Assembly: GCA_964016885.1 (NCBI GenBank)
Contig: OZ024741.1
Coordinates: 360,220,001 to 360,284,000, forward strand
DNA: 64,000 nt
Direction of reading: 5' to 3'
DNA from: Eledone cirrhosa
Lineage: Eukaryota
Within the stretch, counting starts at the first letter, position 1. Each line of letters starts with the position of its first letter. The position numbers and the translations under genes were made by a program. The notes below the pieces were generated by a model, which saw nothing but the letters and a program-made list of their open reading frames with translations, made no database searches and was not told the DNA's origin. Below, piece by piece: positions 12,666 through 27,835 of the stretch.

Positions 12666-15600
12666 CACCTCACAGAGTTCCTTTCTCAGGTGTGATGCTC
12701 TCAACCCTGTTTGGCAGAAGAAAACGGTTATCCATGAAGTAAGACCCTAGAGGTCTCAATAGCGACCAGTACAAAAGTGAATTGTGGAATGCTAGCCTGG
12801 TATTAGGCCATGTTCCACTGCTCTAGATATTGGATATAATGTATAATATGAACAACAAATTCATGTACAAATTGATTAAACAAATTTAAAAAAAAACCCT
12901 GATAATCAATCAACCATTCACATCACTGGGAATTCATTTTAGGGAAAGGGAAAGTCAATTATATTGACCCCAGACTTAACTGGTACATTATTTTATTGAT
13001 CCCAGAGGATGAAAGGCAAAGTTGATATTAGCGAAATTTAAAATCAGAATGTAAACGTAACTAAATACCATTTTGCCTGACACTACCAATACTGCCAATT
13101 CACAGAAACTATGAACACTCCTTATATTACACAACTAATCAACATAACCAAGGCACTATCAAATGTAGTTCAACCATGATGATTCAGTTATCTTTTGACC
13201 AACTCTGTCTCATCTGCTTTTGGACAGCTGCACAACTAAACAACAGTGACCTCATTGTCAACCACAGCTTACTCAACAATGTACACATACATTGGAGTCA
13301 CTGTGTCTTGGTCTTTGTAAGTGAGCAACTTAAATTCTGCTGTGGAACTATTGACAATGAGTTCATACCACACCCATTTTCTTGTCATTGCAGATCATAT
13401 CTGACTGGATAACCCTTTTTTCCTATTCAAGGGTGATGCAGGTCATTCATCTGAGACACCATCCACAATACAAAGAAGCAGAAGTTAAACAAATTCACGT
13501 TGCTCCAGTATACTTAGCTGAAAATGAGTACCAGCAATAGCTGGGGATTTAACCCTGCGATGGACTGGCGTCCTGTCCAGGAGGGAGTCTAGTACTCTCA
13601 CTTGATTCATGCCATGAAACGGAGATAGCACTGGCTTAATGAGCCTTAAATGGCTTAAGACAGACTTTAAGCTTAGTGTCCTCATTCCCCTAACTGCCAC
13701 TCTCTCTCAGCAAATCATGATAAGGACATTGCACTTGAGTAAAGAGCTCCATGGAGTGGATGATGCAGTAGATATTGATGGCTGTCCTTTATGGCAACAC
13801 TTCCACCATTTAATCTGCAGGATGAGAATGAGTTTAAGTTGGTTAAAAGACACTGTGGAATTTGAATTAGTTTTGTTTTGTTGGGTATATTTGATAAATA
13901 AGTTATTCTAGTTGCTGTTGTTGTCAGCCTTGACAGAGAAGACATGACCAAAGGCATTTTATCTAGATCATTGGGGTATCTAGAACTACATTCTATATGG
14001 ATGGTATGATTTTTACACATGAAAGTACATTATATCTAGCTAATTTTCAAGCTTCTGTGTAGGTGCATATGTCTTGCCGCCATATAACAAGACAGATTCA
14101 ACCATTGCTAAAAAGAATGTTCCTAATACTCTTCCTCAGATCTTTGATAATTTATTACTTTCCACATGAGTGCCCAAAAAGAAAGCTTAGCAAAAATTGC
14201 AAATGGAAGATCAGTGTGTGCTATGGCAGTCAATACATGGACACATTAACTGCAGGAGAGGAGAGCTCACCAATTTCAAAAAGATACTAAATTGAAAACT
14301 GTATAAGAGATATAAACAGTGATGTTGGAACAACGCATTTGGCACGTTTTCTGGTTTAATCAGGAGAGATGACTATACTATCAAATATATCCTTTTTTCA
14401 TCATCATCATCCTTTTACGTCTGCTTTTCCCTGCTTGCAAGAGTGGGATGGGTCCTCTTCAGCACAACATTTGTCATGATACTTCGTCATCTATGTGAGC
14501 TTCAACGATCTAAGGTCAGCTCTCACCACCTCCACCCATGTCTTCCGTTGTCTTCCCCTTCCACTGGGATCACCCATCATCCATGTGCATCTCATGGCCA
14601 TATCAACGTAGTCTGCTCTCCTGCACACTACAGTTTATTCTTCTTATACACAGTTTCTCTCTCAACTCATCAGAACAATGCTTGGTCTTTCACATTGCAT
14701 ATTCATTGGAGCATGCTTCATTGTCGTAAAAATGGTAGGGTGTAATTTGAGAGAAATTTAGTAGCAATTTTGAGACTCCCTTGTTGGCTTAACTGTTGAT
14801 GTTTTACTTTGATACATTTAGAGAAGATAGACCATAAATATGTAAAATTAATTGAAAGTCAAGGCAATGTAACTGAAGTCTGCATGAATTTTTTTGTTTT
14901 ATTTCCTTTCAACCTCATAACTGCTGAATCTGTCAAAATAAGCATTTCCAACATCTCCAACATCATTAAACACATTATCTACTGACTTAAACTGTTGAAA
15001 ATCAAAACATTACTGCTTCAATCATATTCACCCAAAATACTCTTCATTTTACAATCCCTCCTTCTTTCCAAGCCCCCTTGTTAATTTAATTCTCAGACAA
15101 CTTTGAAAACCATCTGTATCAGTCTGTTTTATTCAAACTAACACTGCATAGCCAACAAATGTGTATCTATATGTGTATACAAATGTGTGTGTATATCGTT
15201 ATTGTCAGTTAATGTCTGTGAAGGTTACATAATCCATGCAAGCATGGAAAAGCAGATGTAAAAAGAATGATGATATATATATGTGTGTGTGTGTGTATAC
15301 TGTATATATATAATCATCATCATCATTTAACGTCTGCTTTCCCTGCTAACAAGGATTGGACAGGTCTGCATGGACCAAATCAGTATTAAAGTGGGGCAAC
15401 TGACCTCCCAGACCAACCAAGGGATCTGCATATTGCTTATGTACGGTCATACACTCTATAGACCAGAGGAGTTGTGTCTTTTGACACAACTGTTGAGTCC
15501 TCCCAACTCTTTGTTTGGCAAGTTTTCTATGGCCAGATGCTCTTACTAACACCAACCACTTTACAGCATGTACTGTGTGTGTTTGTCGTGTAGATCACCA

Positions 15601-16484
15601 ATACTAGAGAGGTTGTCTTTGACACAACTAAAGGATCCTCTCAACCCTTTTAGGCATGGTTTCTACAGCCAGGTGTCCTTCCTGTTGCGAACCACCCTTA
15701 CAGAATGTCCAGGGTGCATTTTCATGGAACTATCATTAGAGATGTTGGTCAAAGACCTAACTCTCGAGCCCTCACAGCTCTGAGGGAGGGAGATAAGTAT
15801 GAAGTTATAGGGGTATGTGGTAATTTGACAGGGCAATGAGTAAGGGTAGGGGTGGTTGATTATTGTATGGGGTGGAGAGATGTAGTTGATAGAGTTGGGA
15901 GGGGGGTGAACAAGGGGTAGAGAGAGTAGCTAGTAGGGTGCAATGGTGAGGATGTATTACATCACATTAAAAATTAAAGTCTTTAGTTTAGTGTGAATTT
16001 TCACAATGAACTATCCACTGTTAAATATACTAAAACATATGAATTAACAAACCTGTTTTTAGATATTTTCTGCTCAAACAGTACAGGATGTGAATAGTTA
16101 AAACACACACATAAACAGGTGTGTTTATATGTGAGTGAGTGTGTGCAAACGTGCACACTCATGTATTGTTTTTATGTCCACTTTTTCATGCTGGCATGTG
16201 TTGGACGTTTTTTTTAAGGCAGGTTCTCAACAGTTAGATGACCTTCGTGAGACCAACAGATAATTTATGATTTTTAAGTATGTGTGGTGAACCATTAAAC
16301 TGCAGCATGTATTCCTTATGATGGATATAAACAAACATCACCGCTTGCTTTTTAAATGGTGTCGATAAGGGTTCCACACACACACAATCCATTGGCCTAA
16401 TTTACTTACTGCTTGAGGTTTGTGAACACACATTTGTATACGTACACTAAAATATTTTGAACATGGTAAAGACTGAATACTCAC

Positions 16485-16667
16485 CCGTAGCTCAACCCAT
16501 TTCTCAAGTAAACGTTTCTCATTGAACTCACAAAGCAAGCCTGACTGTGTTATAGTGTAAGTATTGGCAGCCATAGCACCTTTACCACAAGCCACATCCT
16601 TGAAGAAGTTGTTCTTCTGTTCACCAAGAATTCCTGAACGACCATTTAATGGAACTGTTTCATTTAT
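16485..16667 (-). CDS. MAPKBP1: WDR62/MAPKBP1-family exon
   Basis: ccacag|[30 protein letters not shown]...[20 protein letters not shown]|gtgagt; 183 nt, phase 0/0; strongly resembles MAPKBP1 'TVPLLGRSGLLGE...RLLDKWVELR'. Confidence 0.95.
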
Positions 16668-17100
16668 CTGTGGAGAAAAAACAAAATGAAACATAAAAAA
16701 ATATGAAACTAGGATTTTTTTCAACAAGATGACACGTGTATATGTGTGTGTGTGTGTACATATGAATACATTTCTATCTATGAGTATATAAATATAAACG
16801 TGCAAACAGAGAGACACTTACAAAAATACACACTCAGATATACATTCACATACATTCACGCAAAAAGAGACACACATTCACATAAACGCACACATGCATT
16901 CACACAAACGCACACACAGCATAACAAATGGAACGCCAGCTGCTATTTTGCAATAGTTTTTTCACGATGCCCTTCCTTCCTTTTACACACATATACATTC
17001 ATGCAGGCAACAGATGTAAAGAGAGAGGAGTAGGATGAGGTAGTGAAACTACTCTCTTTACGTGTTGTAACCGAATTGCAGAAATTTATATATAGATACT

Positions 17101-17400
17101 CATCATCATCATCGTTTAACGTCCATCTTCCACGCTAGTATGGGTTTAGACGGGAATTGTCCCACGTGAGGCAAGATTGGTCGTCTTGCTCATATGGGAT
17201 TGTCTGACAGGTTTTCTACGGCTGGATGCCCTTCCTAACACCAACCACGTTTACAGTGTGGACTGGGAGGTTTTTACCATGTTACCTACACGGCCACATT
17301 ACAGCGTGGACTGTGTTTTTTTTGTTGTGACACCTACACGACCTCATTTGTTTAGGACTGGATGTTGTGGTACCAACATAACTTTACAGAGAAAGGGGTG
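17101..17400 (-). mobile_element. SINE with RTE-like (GAT)n tail
   Basis: catcatcatcgtttaacgtccatcttccacg... tail and family body. Confidence 0.8.
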
Positions 17401-17488
17401 GTGTAGATGGGGGTGGAAGTAGGAGTAGTGGGATGGGGGTGTATTTTTGGTTAGGAGGTGCCTACTGACTGTAGGTTTCACTTTGTAC

Positions 17489-18240
17489 TTAGGCAAGGCG
17501 GATTTTCTGTATTACTGCGTAGCGCCAAAGATCTCGGTCCAGTGACATTGTCTTAGAGAGGTATAAGTGTGTAAGGTCGGAATTTATCAAATCGTCCCAG
17601 GTTTTTCTGGGTCTGCCTACTCCGTAACTTCCATCAATTTTGATCACTCTGCACTTTTTTATGCAGCTGTCATCTTTCATGCGCATCACGTGACCATACC
17701 AACGTAGTCTTCTCTCGAGTAAACAGCATCTGATCCCTCTTATTCCTAATTTCTCAGTTCATTTATGTTTTGCTGTTCCCGTATATTACTATTACACATC
17801 CAGCAGAGCATTCATGCTTCGTTCCTCTCCAGTCTGCGCAGATCCTCTGCACACAATGCCCATGTCTCACTGCCATGTAACATAGCTGTTCATATGCAGG
17901 CATCATACAGTCTGCCTTTCATTTTTAGAGAGAAACCTTTAGCGGCCAATAGTAGTATAAGCTCTGTACTTTTTCCATCCCGTTCTGACTCTGGCTACTG
18001 TACGTTCTGAGCACCCTCCACCACTGCTGATTTTGTCACCCAGGTAACGGAAGGTGTCCACTATTTCTATAGAGCCATCTGGGCAATAGAAGGAGCTAGT
18101 ATCCTGTGGGCACTTGCTACTTATTGTACCTGAGCACCCGCCACATATAAAATCTATGTTCTTAGATAGCTTACCTGTGATCCCACTACATCTTTTATGC
18201 ACCCATACTTTGCATTTGGGACATAAAATGGATACTAATC
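17489..18240 (-). pseudogene. RTE-clade LINE 3' fragment (RT C-terminus with PHD-like Cys/His finger)
   Basis: C..CK.WVHKRCSG, FRYLGD, ARVRTGWKK, RLRWYGHVMRM, GRPRKTW motifs with frameshifts. Confidence 0.85.
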
Positions 18241-18759
18241 TGTAAGTTGCACCTTTTTCAAAGATATTATGTGAAAAACCAGCATGCAACTTATCTGCTG
18301 TATCTACAAAACCTCAATTCAAAACATAAGGTACATTGTAAATGTTTATAAAATGGAGGTGTGATTTATATGTGAGTGTATATGACAGCTAGGATATAAT
18401 TGTGTGAAGCACAATTTAGCTCAGAGATCCCCAAAGTTTTTAGACAATTGACCACTTTATGGAATTCTTGACCCTATATTGAACCCAGACAAATAAATAA
18501 AGAAATAATCAGAACCCTATATAAGCCAAATTGTATTTTATCATATTTTATATATTTTCCTTTCTTATACAAATGCCAGGTTTTGGTCAAAGTTCAAATG
18601 CCATCTTGAGTTGTCCCTTTAACCTCTGGGGGCCAATATCGATAATTTTGGGGGCCCTCTGGTTTAGGTAACATTTGTCATGAAAAAAAAAAAATGCTCC
18701 TTAAAGCAGTGGTTATTAATCTTGTTTTTATTTATTTTTTTATTTAGCTAGAAACAAAT

Positions 18760-19120
18760 GAGATCGTGTAGGTGTCACGACAAAAAAAAAAACACAGTCC
18801 ACGCTGTAATGTGGCCGTGTAGGCAACACGGTAAAAACCTCCCAGCCCCACACTGTAAATGTGGTTGGTGTTAGGAAGGGCATCCAGCTGTAGAAAACCC
18901 GCCAGACAGTCCACGCTGTAATGTGGCCGTGTAGGCAATACGGTAAAAACCTCCCAGCCCCACACAGTAAATGTGGTTGGTGTTGGGAAGGGCATCCAGC
19001 TGTAGAAAACCCGCCAGACAGTCCTATGCGAGCAAGACAATCACTCTTGCCTCAAGTGGGAAAACCCCCGTCCAAACCCATGCAAGCGTGGAACACGGAC
19101 GTTAAACGTTGATGATGATG
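18760..19120 (+). mobile_element. SINE with internal tandem duplication (~113 bp)
   Basis: 'cagtccacgctgtaatgtggccgtgtagg...gtagaaaacccgccaga' present twice; ends ggacgttaaacgttgatgatgatg. Confidence 0.8.
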
Positions 19121-20539
19121 AGCTCCACAATCCACCACAACTCTACAACAAATTTTATATCCCTTCTATCATTATAAAAACATGTTTCTTGTTAAAAAGA
19201 TATAATGTAAAAACTTGAACATCATAAACAACATTTTTCATTAGAAATATGGAAATGAAAGGGTTAAGCAGTGAAACTGAAATGCTGCAAGGAATCTTAA
19301 TCGGATAGGTAACTCTTCTACCTACCATATATTACATAGAAATTATAAACATATTATGGTTCCCATTTACATACTAAGAAACCATCTTCATTTTAGAATC
19401 TATGTAAATCATTAGTTATTTTCTTTTTTATTATTTCTTACAAAGAAGCATCATATGTGAAGCGTAATGAACCTACAACCTTAAGGTCAGCCATCAAGCA
19501 GCTATAAAACCAATACACACACAAACTAAAGAGCTACATCCTGTTGTATGTAATATATTAAAGATTGCCAGATTTCATAGCAGCCAAGCAAACTGTTTTC
19601 ACAGCTGTTCAGTCATTTCAGCTTCCATCTTATGTCTAAGCAAGTATTATTACAAAAATATGAAGGAGGAATAATTTGTAGAATATTATTTTTCATCATT
19701 ATCTACATTGTTTTCGGGGCCATTTATTAATCCTTCTACTCTAAACCTTCTTCAATTCTTCAACTATATTGACACACATTTTCTTTGGCAGTCATAGGTC
19801 TACTAAACTTTATACAACTCTGTATATATGTATGTGCTGATAGATTCAGAGTGTTGACATATTGTCATTGGGGTGACATTTACTGATTCAAAGTTTAGAG
19901 GAGAGAGGGAAGGTAGAAGAGGTGGGAGAGAGAAAGGAAATGTGTTTGAATGCAGACTGGCCACAATGTTTCCTCAAGTCAATCTACATTATCAGGTCAC
20001 TTGATCTGCAGTAAACAGCAGCCACATTTCCCACAAAATCATACCTTACAATCTTCAATTTCAGAGAAGGTAGTTCGGCAGAATCATTAGAGTACTGAAT
20101 ATTTGTTATAGCTTCCTGCACCGAGTTCAAATCCAGCTAGGATCTATTTTTGCCTTCCATCCTTCGATAAATAAAGTACCAGCCTAGTGCTGGTGCAGGA
20201 TTGGCTCAGGGTCACCCATAGATATATACACTCTGCCTGTGCACAGAGTGCCTCAAATTGGGACAACTCCCGTCTAACCCATGCTAGCGTGGAAGATAAA
20301 CGTTAAACGATGATGATGATGATGATATATATATATATATATATATATAGATATTACTTCAACAGAAAGAAAATCACTGAGTGGGTGTATTTCACCTGCT
20401 ATAAGCAATATCAATAATGTAGCAATAAACATCATCAAAAACAAATATAAGTGGTGAGTTGTGTTATTCCATATTTAGTCATAAACATTATGACTAAACA
20501 GTTTATTTTGACATGAATCATTTTAGACCAATAAGGCAA

Positions 20540-20874
20540 GGAGGCACATAGCTTAGTGGTTAGAGCATTGGCCTTGCAATCGAAAGGTTGTGAGTTCAAT
20601 TCTCAGATCGGGTGATGTGTTGTTTCCTTGAGCAAGACACTTTACTCCAGTTTACTCAGCTGTAGAAATGAGATGATAGGGACTGGGGTCCATATCATTC
20701 CACTGCAAAGTGATCGTGGAGGTGCCACAGCAAAAAAAGCACCCAGCACTCACTGTAAATGAGGTTGGTGTTAGGAAGGGCATCCAGCTGTAGAAATCAA
20801 GCCAGAATCAGTTCCCGTCCCACCCTTGAAAGCAGGGAAAAAGCAGACGTTAAAATGAAATGATGATGATGATG
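20540..20874 (+). mobile_element. tRNA-headed SINE with RTE-like tail
   Basis: A box tagcttagtggttagagc, B box gagttcaattct; tail gacgttaaaatgaaatgatgatg. Confidence 0.8.
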
Positions 20875-21184
20875 AAGGCAATGCCTTAAAGTTTGTTACG
20901 TTGACAACACAAACCAAACAAATAAGCTCGAAATATTGCTAAAGATTCAAACATGAAATTATCTAAGAACAAGTGGCATAGATTAAGATATATGACTTAC
21001 ACAATGTATCACAACTTAGGTTGTAAAACCATTACATTTAATAGTTATTTAAAATCAACTGTCTAAATTACACTCCACATCAGAAAAGCAGTTTCTTCAG
21101 TGATTTATCAAATATATTCATTGATTTAATAGACAGCAATACAAGAATCATTTCTCCTTACCTACATAACTATATATATAATTA

Positions 21185-22529
21185 TGTATGTACAGTAGAT
21201 TGTGTAATTTTTTGTAGTGCGTGTGTTTTAAGGGGCAAGGTAAGAGTAAGCTATAGGGAGCTGAGAGGGAGAAGCTAGCATATAATAAAATACAATAAAC
21301 GAGATAGAAGTTGATTAAAAACGGTATACATTTTGTGTTTTAAAAGATGAGTGTGAGAGAGTTAATGTTAGAATTAAAATTAAGGGTTAGAAAGAGGATT
21401 AGGATTAGTGTTAATATAGGCCAATATCAGCTTTTATGAGAAAGAAACCAAGAGAGATATCTTCCTCCACTCAGTATATTCACAAAGCCTAAAACACCAT
21501 GTAGCCAGGAACGAACTTATACGCCACATGGACAGACACGACGAAGCCATCCAAGCAATATCCGTGCTAAACAACTTTCGGAAACTGCTGTTAAAGAGAA
21601 ACACGATTGAGGAGAACACAAACACAATCACCACACGCCAACACCAACCACCACCCATAGTCCTAATAACAACCACAATCACTCGCAGATCAAACAACAA
21701 CGACGAAAGACAACAACATCAACAACAAGAAAGAAATAAGAGAACAGAGACAAAATCTGATTCTACATTGATCTGCCATACCAAGTAGAACAGACAGAAA
21801 ATTGTGTGAGAAACTGTATCAAAAGATCAGGTCTCCCAATGCAAGTAACAAGATGTGTGAGGACGTTGAGACAACACCTCATGCATAGCATTGAAAAAGA
21901 CATGCCCTGTCAGAGAATACACTACCACAGGAATTAACAACAATGCAAAACCAATATGCCTGGGAGACCATGTAATGTAAGAGTTGAACTGTGTGTGCAG
22001 AGCCAACCACATAACAGAATACAAGAACATTTCAAAGAGCGACACCTCCGAGAGCAGTATTTCAACACAAAGAAATATGTGGAAGGAGCACAATCACAAA
22101 AATACTTGCAGAGCAAAGAGATACTGTAGACCTATGAATAGCAGAGGCACATTTTATTAGGAACCATGTGCCTACTCTTAACCATTGGAGTGACCTGAAC
22201 ACATGGAAACACCTATACTTATACTCCAACGGGTCATAGATTTGCTAAGCCAAGAATAATCTAGCCTGATGAAGGATTATAATCTGAAAGTGTTCACTAT
22301 CAAGTGAACAATACTAACCCAGCAACATGGCTCGCAGACTGTAGCCATGTGACCGTCCACAGTAACTATACTAACACTAATTGTAATTCTAACCCTAATT
22401 TTAATATTAACTCTCACAAAACTATATTATATTTTAGCTTTTCCTCTCTCAACTCCCTATAACTTACTCTTCTTACCTTGCCCTGAACCACACACACTAC
22501 ACAAAACTACACAACCCACTGTACATACA
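21185..22529 (+). mobile_element. old Penelope-like fold-back remnant
   Basis: diverged inverted arms ~21185-21419 / ~22366-22529; GIY-YIG tail remnants 'AVFQHKEICG' and 'EAHFIRNHVPTLN'; CTGATGA..GAAA motif at 22266-22289. Confidence 0.65.
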
Positions 22530-22958
22530 ACTATGTTGCTTGAGATATACTAATGCATTATCATCATCATCATTTAACATCCACTTTCCCTGCTACACAC
22601 AGAAAGGACCGCAGTCAATTTCTTTGTTCAGTATTCCAGTTATTCAATCAACAGAACACAATTAACCTAAGTGGCTGAGTATTATTCTACAGACATATGT
22701 ACTCTTTAACATAATCCTCAGGGAGATTCAGCAGGACAAGACTAACCCTTTGAATTACAGGTGCAAGTTCATCTGACAGGCTTCTAAACAATTTCCATCG
22801 ACCTGATTTTACTCAAATCACAGGGGTGACCTGTGGCTATGATAAATGACACCCAAAATGCTATGAAATGGGATCAAACCCGGGACCTAATGATTGAAGA
22901 GTGAACTTCATAGCCATTCATCTATGTTGTGTCCACACTGACATACTTTATTATAATG

Positions 22959-22998
<40 letters not shown>

Positions 22999-23754
22999 GT
23001 TTACCTACATAGCATGTTATATAGTAGTAAGCCCACAGCCTCCAAATTTAAAGTGAATCACATATATATTAAAAGTTGGAATGGGAAAAAAGTCTATGAA
23101 GTTTAAAGCCTCAACAATGGATGAATAAAAGTGAAAGAGAGGAAGCTTTCCTAGGTGGATGGATAACTAGCCATTTGTTGATAGGAAATTAGAACAATAT
23201 TGTGCTTATTTACATTTGTTGTAAATATATAAAACTTGATGCAAAAATAATATGATCATTGTCTGAGCACAGCCAATGTAATGCTGTTCAATTTTAAAAT
23301 AAATTGTATTCTTCTTTTACCCTCCCTACCTCTATTTACCTGCATCACCACCCCCACTCAATCTCTATTACTCTTTCTCTCAGTTTTATTCTCTCATATT
23401 CTATCATGCATTACAACATGCATAGTATTTGCGATAAACTGTTTTCCTTCCTCTTATCTCTCTCAGCACAACAGCAGAATATCTATGAAGATAGGATTTG
23501 TTAGTAAAGTTGTAAAAGTAAGAAAGATGGCTTAAAATAACCTGATAGCATCATCACAATTTTACATCTCCCTTCCATGTCGGCATGGGCTGGACAGGTT
23601 ATCACAGACTGAGATCAGCGAGGTTAGAATGATCAATCTATCTTGTGTTCCATATTTAGCATGACGTTTACAACTGGAATACTATACTAATGCTAACTAC
23701 ATTTATAGTGCATGTGGGCTGTGTTTCTCATGAAACTAGCACTTTATAAATATA

Positions 23755-24315
23755 CTAGCTGTCCCGTGCGGCTGGTGCCTGGCTACCATTGGCGTGTTCT
23801 ACGGCATCCAGATATATATATATATATAATATATAAAATATGTAGTACAGTATTACTGTTGAAAAGATATAGTAAAGTACTACTGTTGAAAATATATAGT
23901 ATTTTACTGTTGAAAATATATAGTACAGTATTACTGTCGAAAATATGTTCACGAATATATAATTATATATATATATATAATTAATTAAAAGTTGGTTAGA
24001 AGCAAAGTCAATATAGACAGATATAAGCGCGCGACGTTATATCTATGTATCTATCTAAAAAGACAGACTAAGAAAGAGAGGAATGTCGTATAACCGGAAG
24101 TGTTGACATTTGAAAATTTTAAAGAAGTGAATATTTAAATAAACAATAAAATATCTTTAATCTTTTAACGAAATTTAGTAGACAAAATACCCTCACTTTC
24201 TTACTTGGAAAAAGTTACATCTATGGTGCAAATTAGGTGCCGTTTGGTCCAGCCGTTTGGCGAAAAGTTTGTTACATACATACGTCCATTGGCTTTATTG
24301 ATAGAAATAGAGATA
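23755..24315 (-). mobile_element. non-autonomous Helitron with internal ~27-29-bp tandem repeats
   Basis: CTAG terminus at 23755, TCT-rich 5' end near 24313; shares 'gcgcgacgttata....gtatctatctaaaaaga' with the 44779 element. Confidence 0.65.
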
Positions 24316-24585
24316 TAGATATGTGACAATCCATCCCACCCATGCTAGCATGGAAAATGGACATCATGTTGATGATAAACACTTTGAAATAATGAGATGG
24401 GGGAAAGCAGGAGAGACGGAGCCAGTAACAGTGGGAGTTTGGTTCCTCTGTGTTCAGACCTGATGTACATGTGTGTGTGTGACTGATTTATTTACAAGGA
24501 GTGTGTAATTTACAAATAGTTATTGATAATTATGATATAGTAATAAACTAATTAGGCAATAGCAACAGCATAATTATCCAATATC

Positions 24586-24773
24586 GGTGGATTGGTAGTA
24601 TCGGTAGAGGGTCTGACGCCATGCTTTGCAGCAAAAAGTTACGGCCCTTTATGGTCTGAGTTCAAATCCTGCCGAGGTTAACAGCCTTTCATCCTTACGG
24701 GGTCGATAAAATAAAGTACCAGTAATACACTGGGATAATTGCTGGCCTTGTGCTAAACGTAGAAACAATTATT
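24586..24773 (+). mobile_element. tRNA-derived SINE (second family, near complete)
   Basis: B box gagttcaaatcc; central 'gcctttcatccttacggggtcgataaaataaagtaccag', resembling the Meta/MESC-type SINE central domain. Confidence 0.75.
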
Positions 24774-25407
24774 ACTTTAAAATAAACAGTTTTATATGAC
24801 AGAACCAGGGGCAGAACCAGGCGGTATGGTATCAAAATGGTTAACATAGCATGTATGTAAAATGTATGTAAAGTTCAAGTGGAATAAGTGAAAAATGAAA
24901 GTATCATCTGTGTACTTCACGAACTGAGAGGGTGAGTCCTTATTAGAGTAGAATGTATTCATGACTGGAAGCAGTGATGTGTAAAAATCAAAGTAATTGA
25001 AAGAGAAAGCTTCTTAATCCTACAATGCTGAGCATTTGTTGTTTGTATAGCATGGATATAATTAAATATCTTTTACAAGATTAACAAGGCAGTAATTAAA
25101 AGGTGGTCAGTAAAGAAGAAAAAAAAAAAAAAAACCTGATTTACAAAATTATATAAGCACTACATGTAATGTGATGTAAGTGTGTTTCAAAGGTTGCTGT
25201 GTATGTAATATATATATATATAAATGGTGTGTGTGTGTGTGTATGTGTATGTGTGTGTATATGTGTGTGTATGCATGCATGCGTGCGTGCGTGTGCATAC
25301 AGTGTGCAAGTTGAGAATATTTATATTAACAGTTTAATTTATTTATGCATTTCCGATGGTCTCAGATGCTTTGAAATAAAGAGTTAGATATGTTTACACA
25401 AACAAAG

Positions 25408-25408
<1 letters not shown>

Positions 25409-25461
<53 letters not shown>
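25409..25461. repeat. (TA)n microsatellite
   Basis: direct reading. Confidence 0.95.
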
Positions 25462-25465
<4 letters not shown>

Positions 25466-25493
25466 AGTGTAATTTTCTACACAAAACGAAGGT

Positions 25494-26976
<1,483 letters not shown>

Positions 26977-27116
26977 TATATATATATATTGTTATACTTT
27001 GGGAGGGTCATGTTGCCAATAAGAAACACACGCACCAGTTGCTTTCACTTCAATTTATTATAATAAATTTATAAATTTCTGGTTGGTTGGTTCCACAACC
27101 AGATAGTTTATATATT

Positions 27117-27159
27117 GTCATAGTTCTTTCGTCACACACTCTGTGACCTCTTCAGTGAC
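27117..27159 (-). ncRNA. minimal type I hammerhead ribozyme motif (left arm, sense to host pre-mRNA)
   Basis: gtca-CTGAAGA-g-gtcaca(gagtg)tgtgac-GAAA-gaac-TA-tgac on the minus strand. Confidence 0.7.
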
Positions 27160-27364
27160 TGGGGATTCCTTTCTTTGTTTCTGTGCCTCTCCTTTGTTCT
27201 GTCCTACGCCATTTTGTTTCTGTGTGTGTGTGTTGTGTGCTCAGTCTGCGCATGCGCCACATCCGGGTGTCTGTGTGTGTTTATGTTCATTTATTTATTT
27301 GTTTATTTACATGTTACTGGTTGGTTGTTTGTTCTATGTGTGTGTGTGTGTTTTCATTTTGTCC

Positions 27365-27835
27365 TTAATTGTAAGTTGTGATGTTGCTGTTCCACTCATA
27401 TTTTCTATTTAATTTTGGTTGTAATTCTTTTATGTTTATTGCCTCTGTAATTTGTCTAAACATTGCGTCTTTTCTGTGTGTAGATTCTATTTTTATTTCT
27501 ATGTTCTCTAATTTACCCTTGTGTTCTATTTTAGCATGTTGGTAGAGTACAGATGATTCTTTACTATCTTGAAGGTCTCGCCAGTGTTCATTTATCCATT
27601 CCCCTACACTACGAGCTGTCTCACCTATGTACACTATATTTTTGTCTCTACATTGTCCTTCAGTACATCTTATGCTATATACTACATTTCTAGTTTTACA
27701 GTTAATATGGGGGCTTATTTTACAGGTTATACATTTCTTATCTATACATGAGGGTCTTTGAAAAGGGTATGTCTTGCTAATAAGTGTTTTTACGGAGGTA
27801 CCTGGTCTTTCTACTATCTTAATATTGAGTTTGTT
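27365..27835 (-). pseudogene. PLE Cys linker and GIY-YIG endonuclease
   Basis: C..C, 'VVYSIRC', 'YIGETARS...INEH', 'RQITEAINI...P.LN'. Confidence 0.88.

Noticed and set aside
20540-20612. tRNA gene-like sequence (also 1190, 24586)
   Set aside because: Degenerate cloverleaf continuing into SINE bodies; these are SINE heads
23840-23950. CRISPR-like short palindromic repeats (acagtattactgt)
   Set aside because: Head-to-tail tandem repeats without unique spacers, inside a Helitron, in eukaryotic DNA
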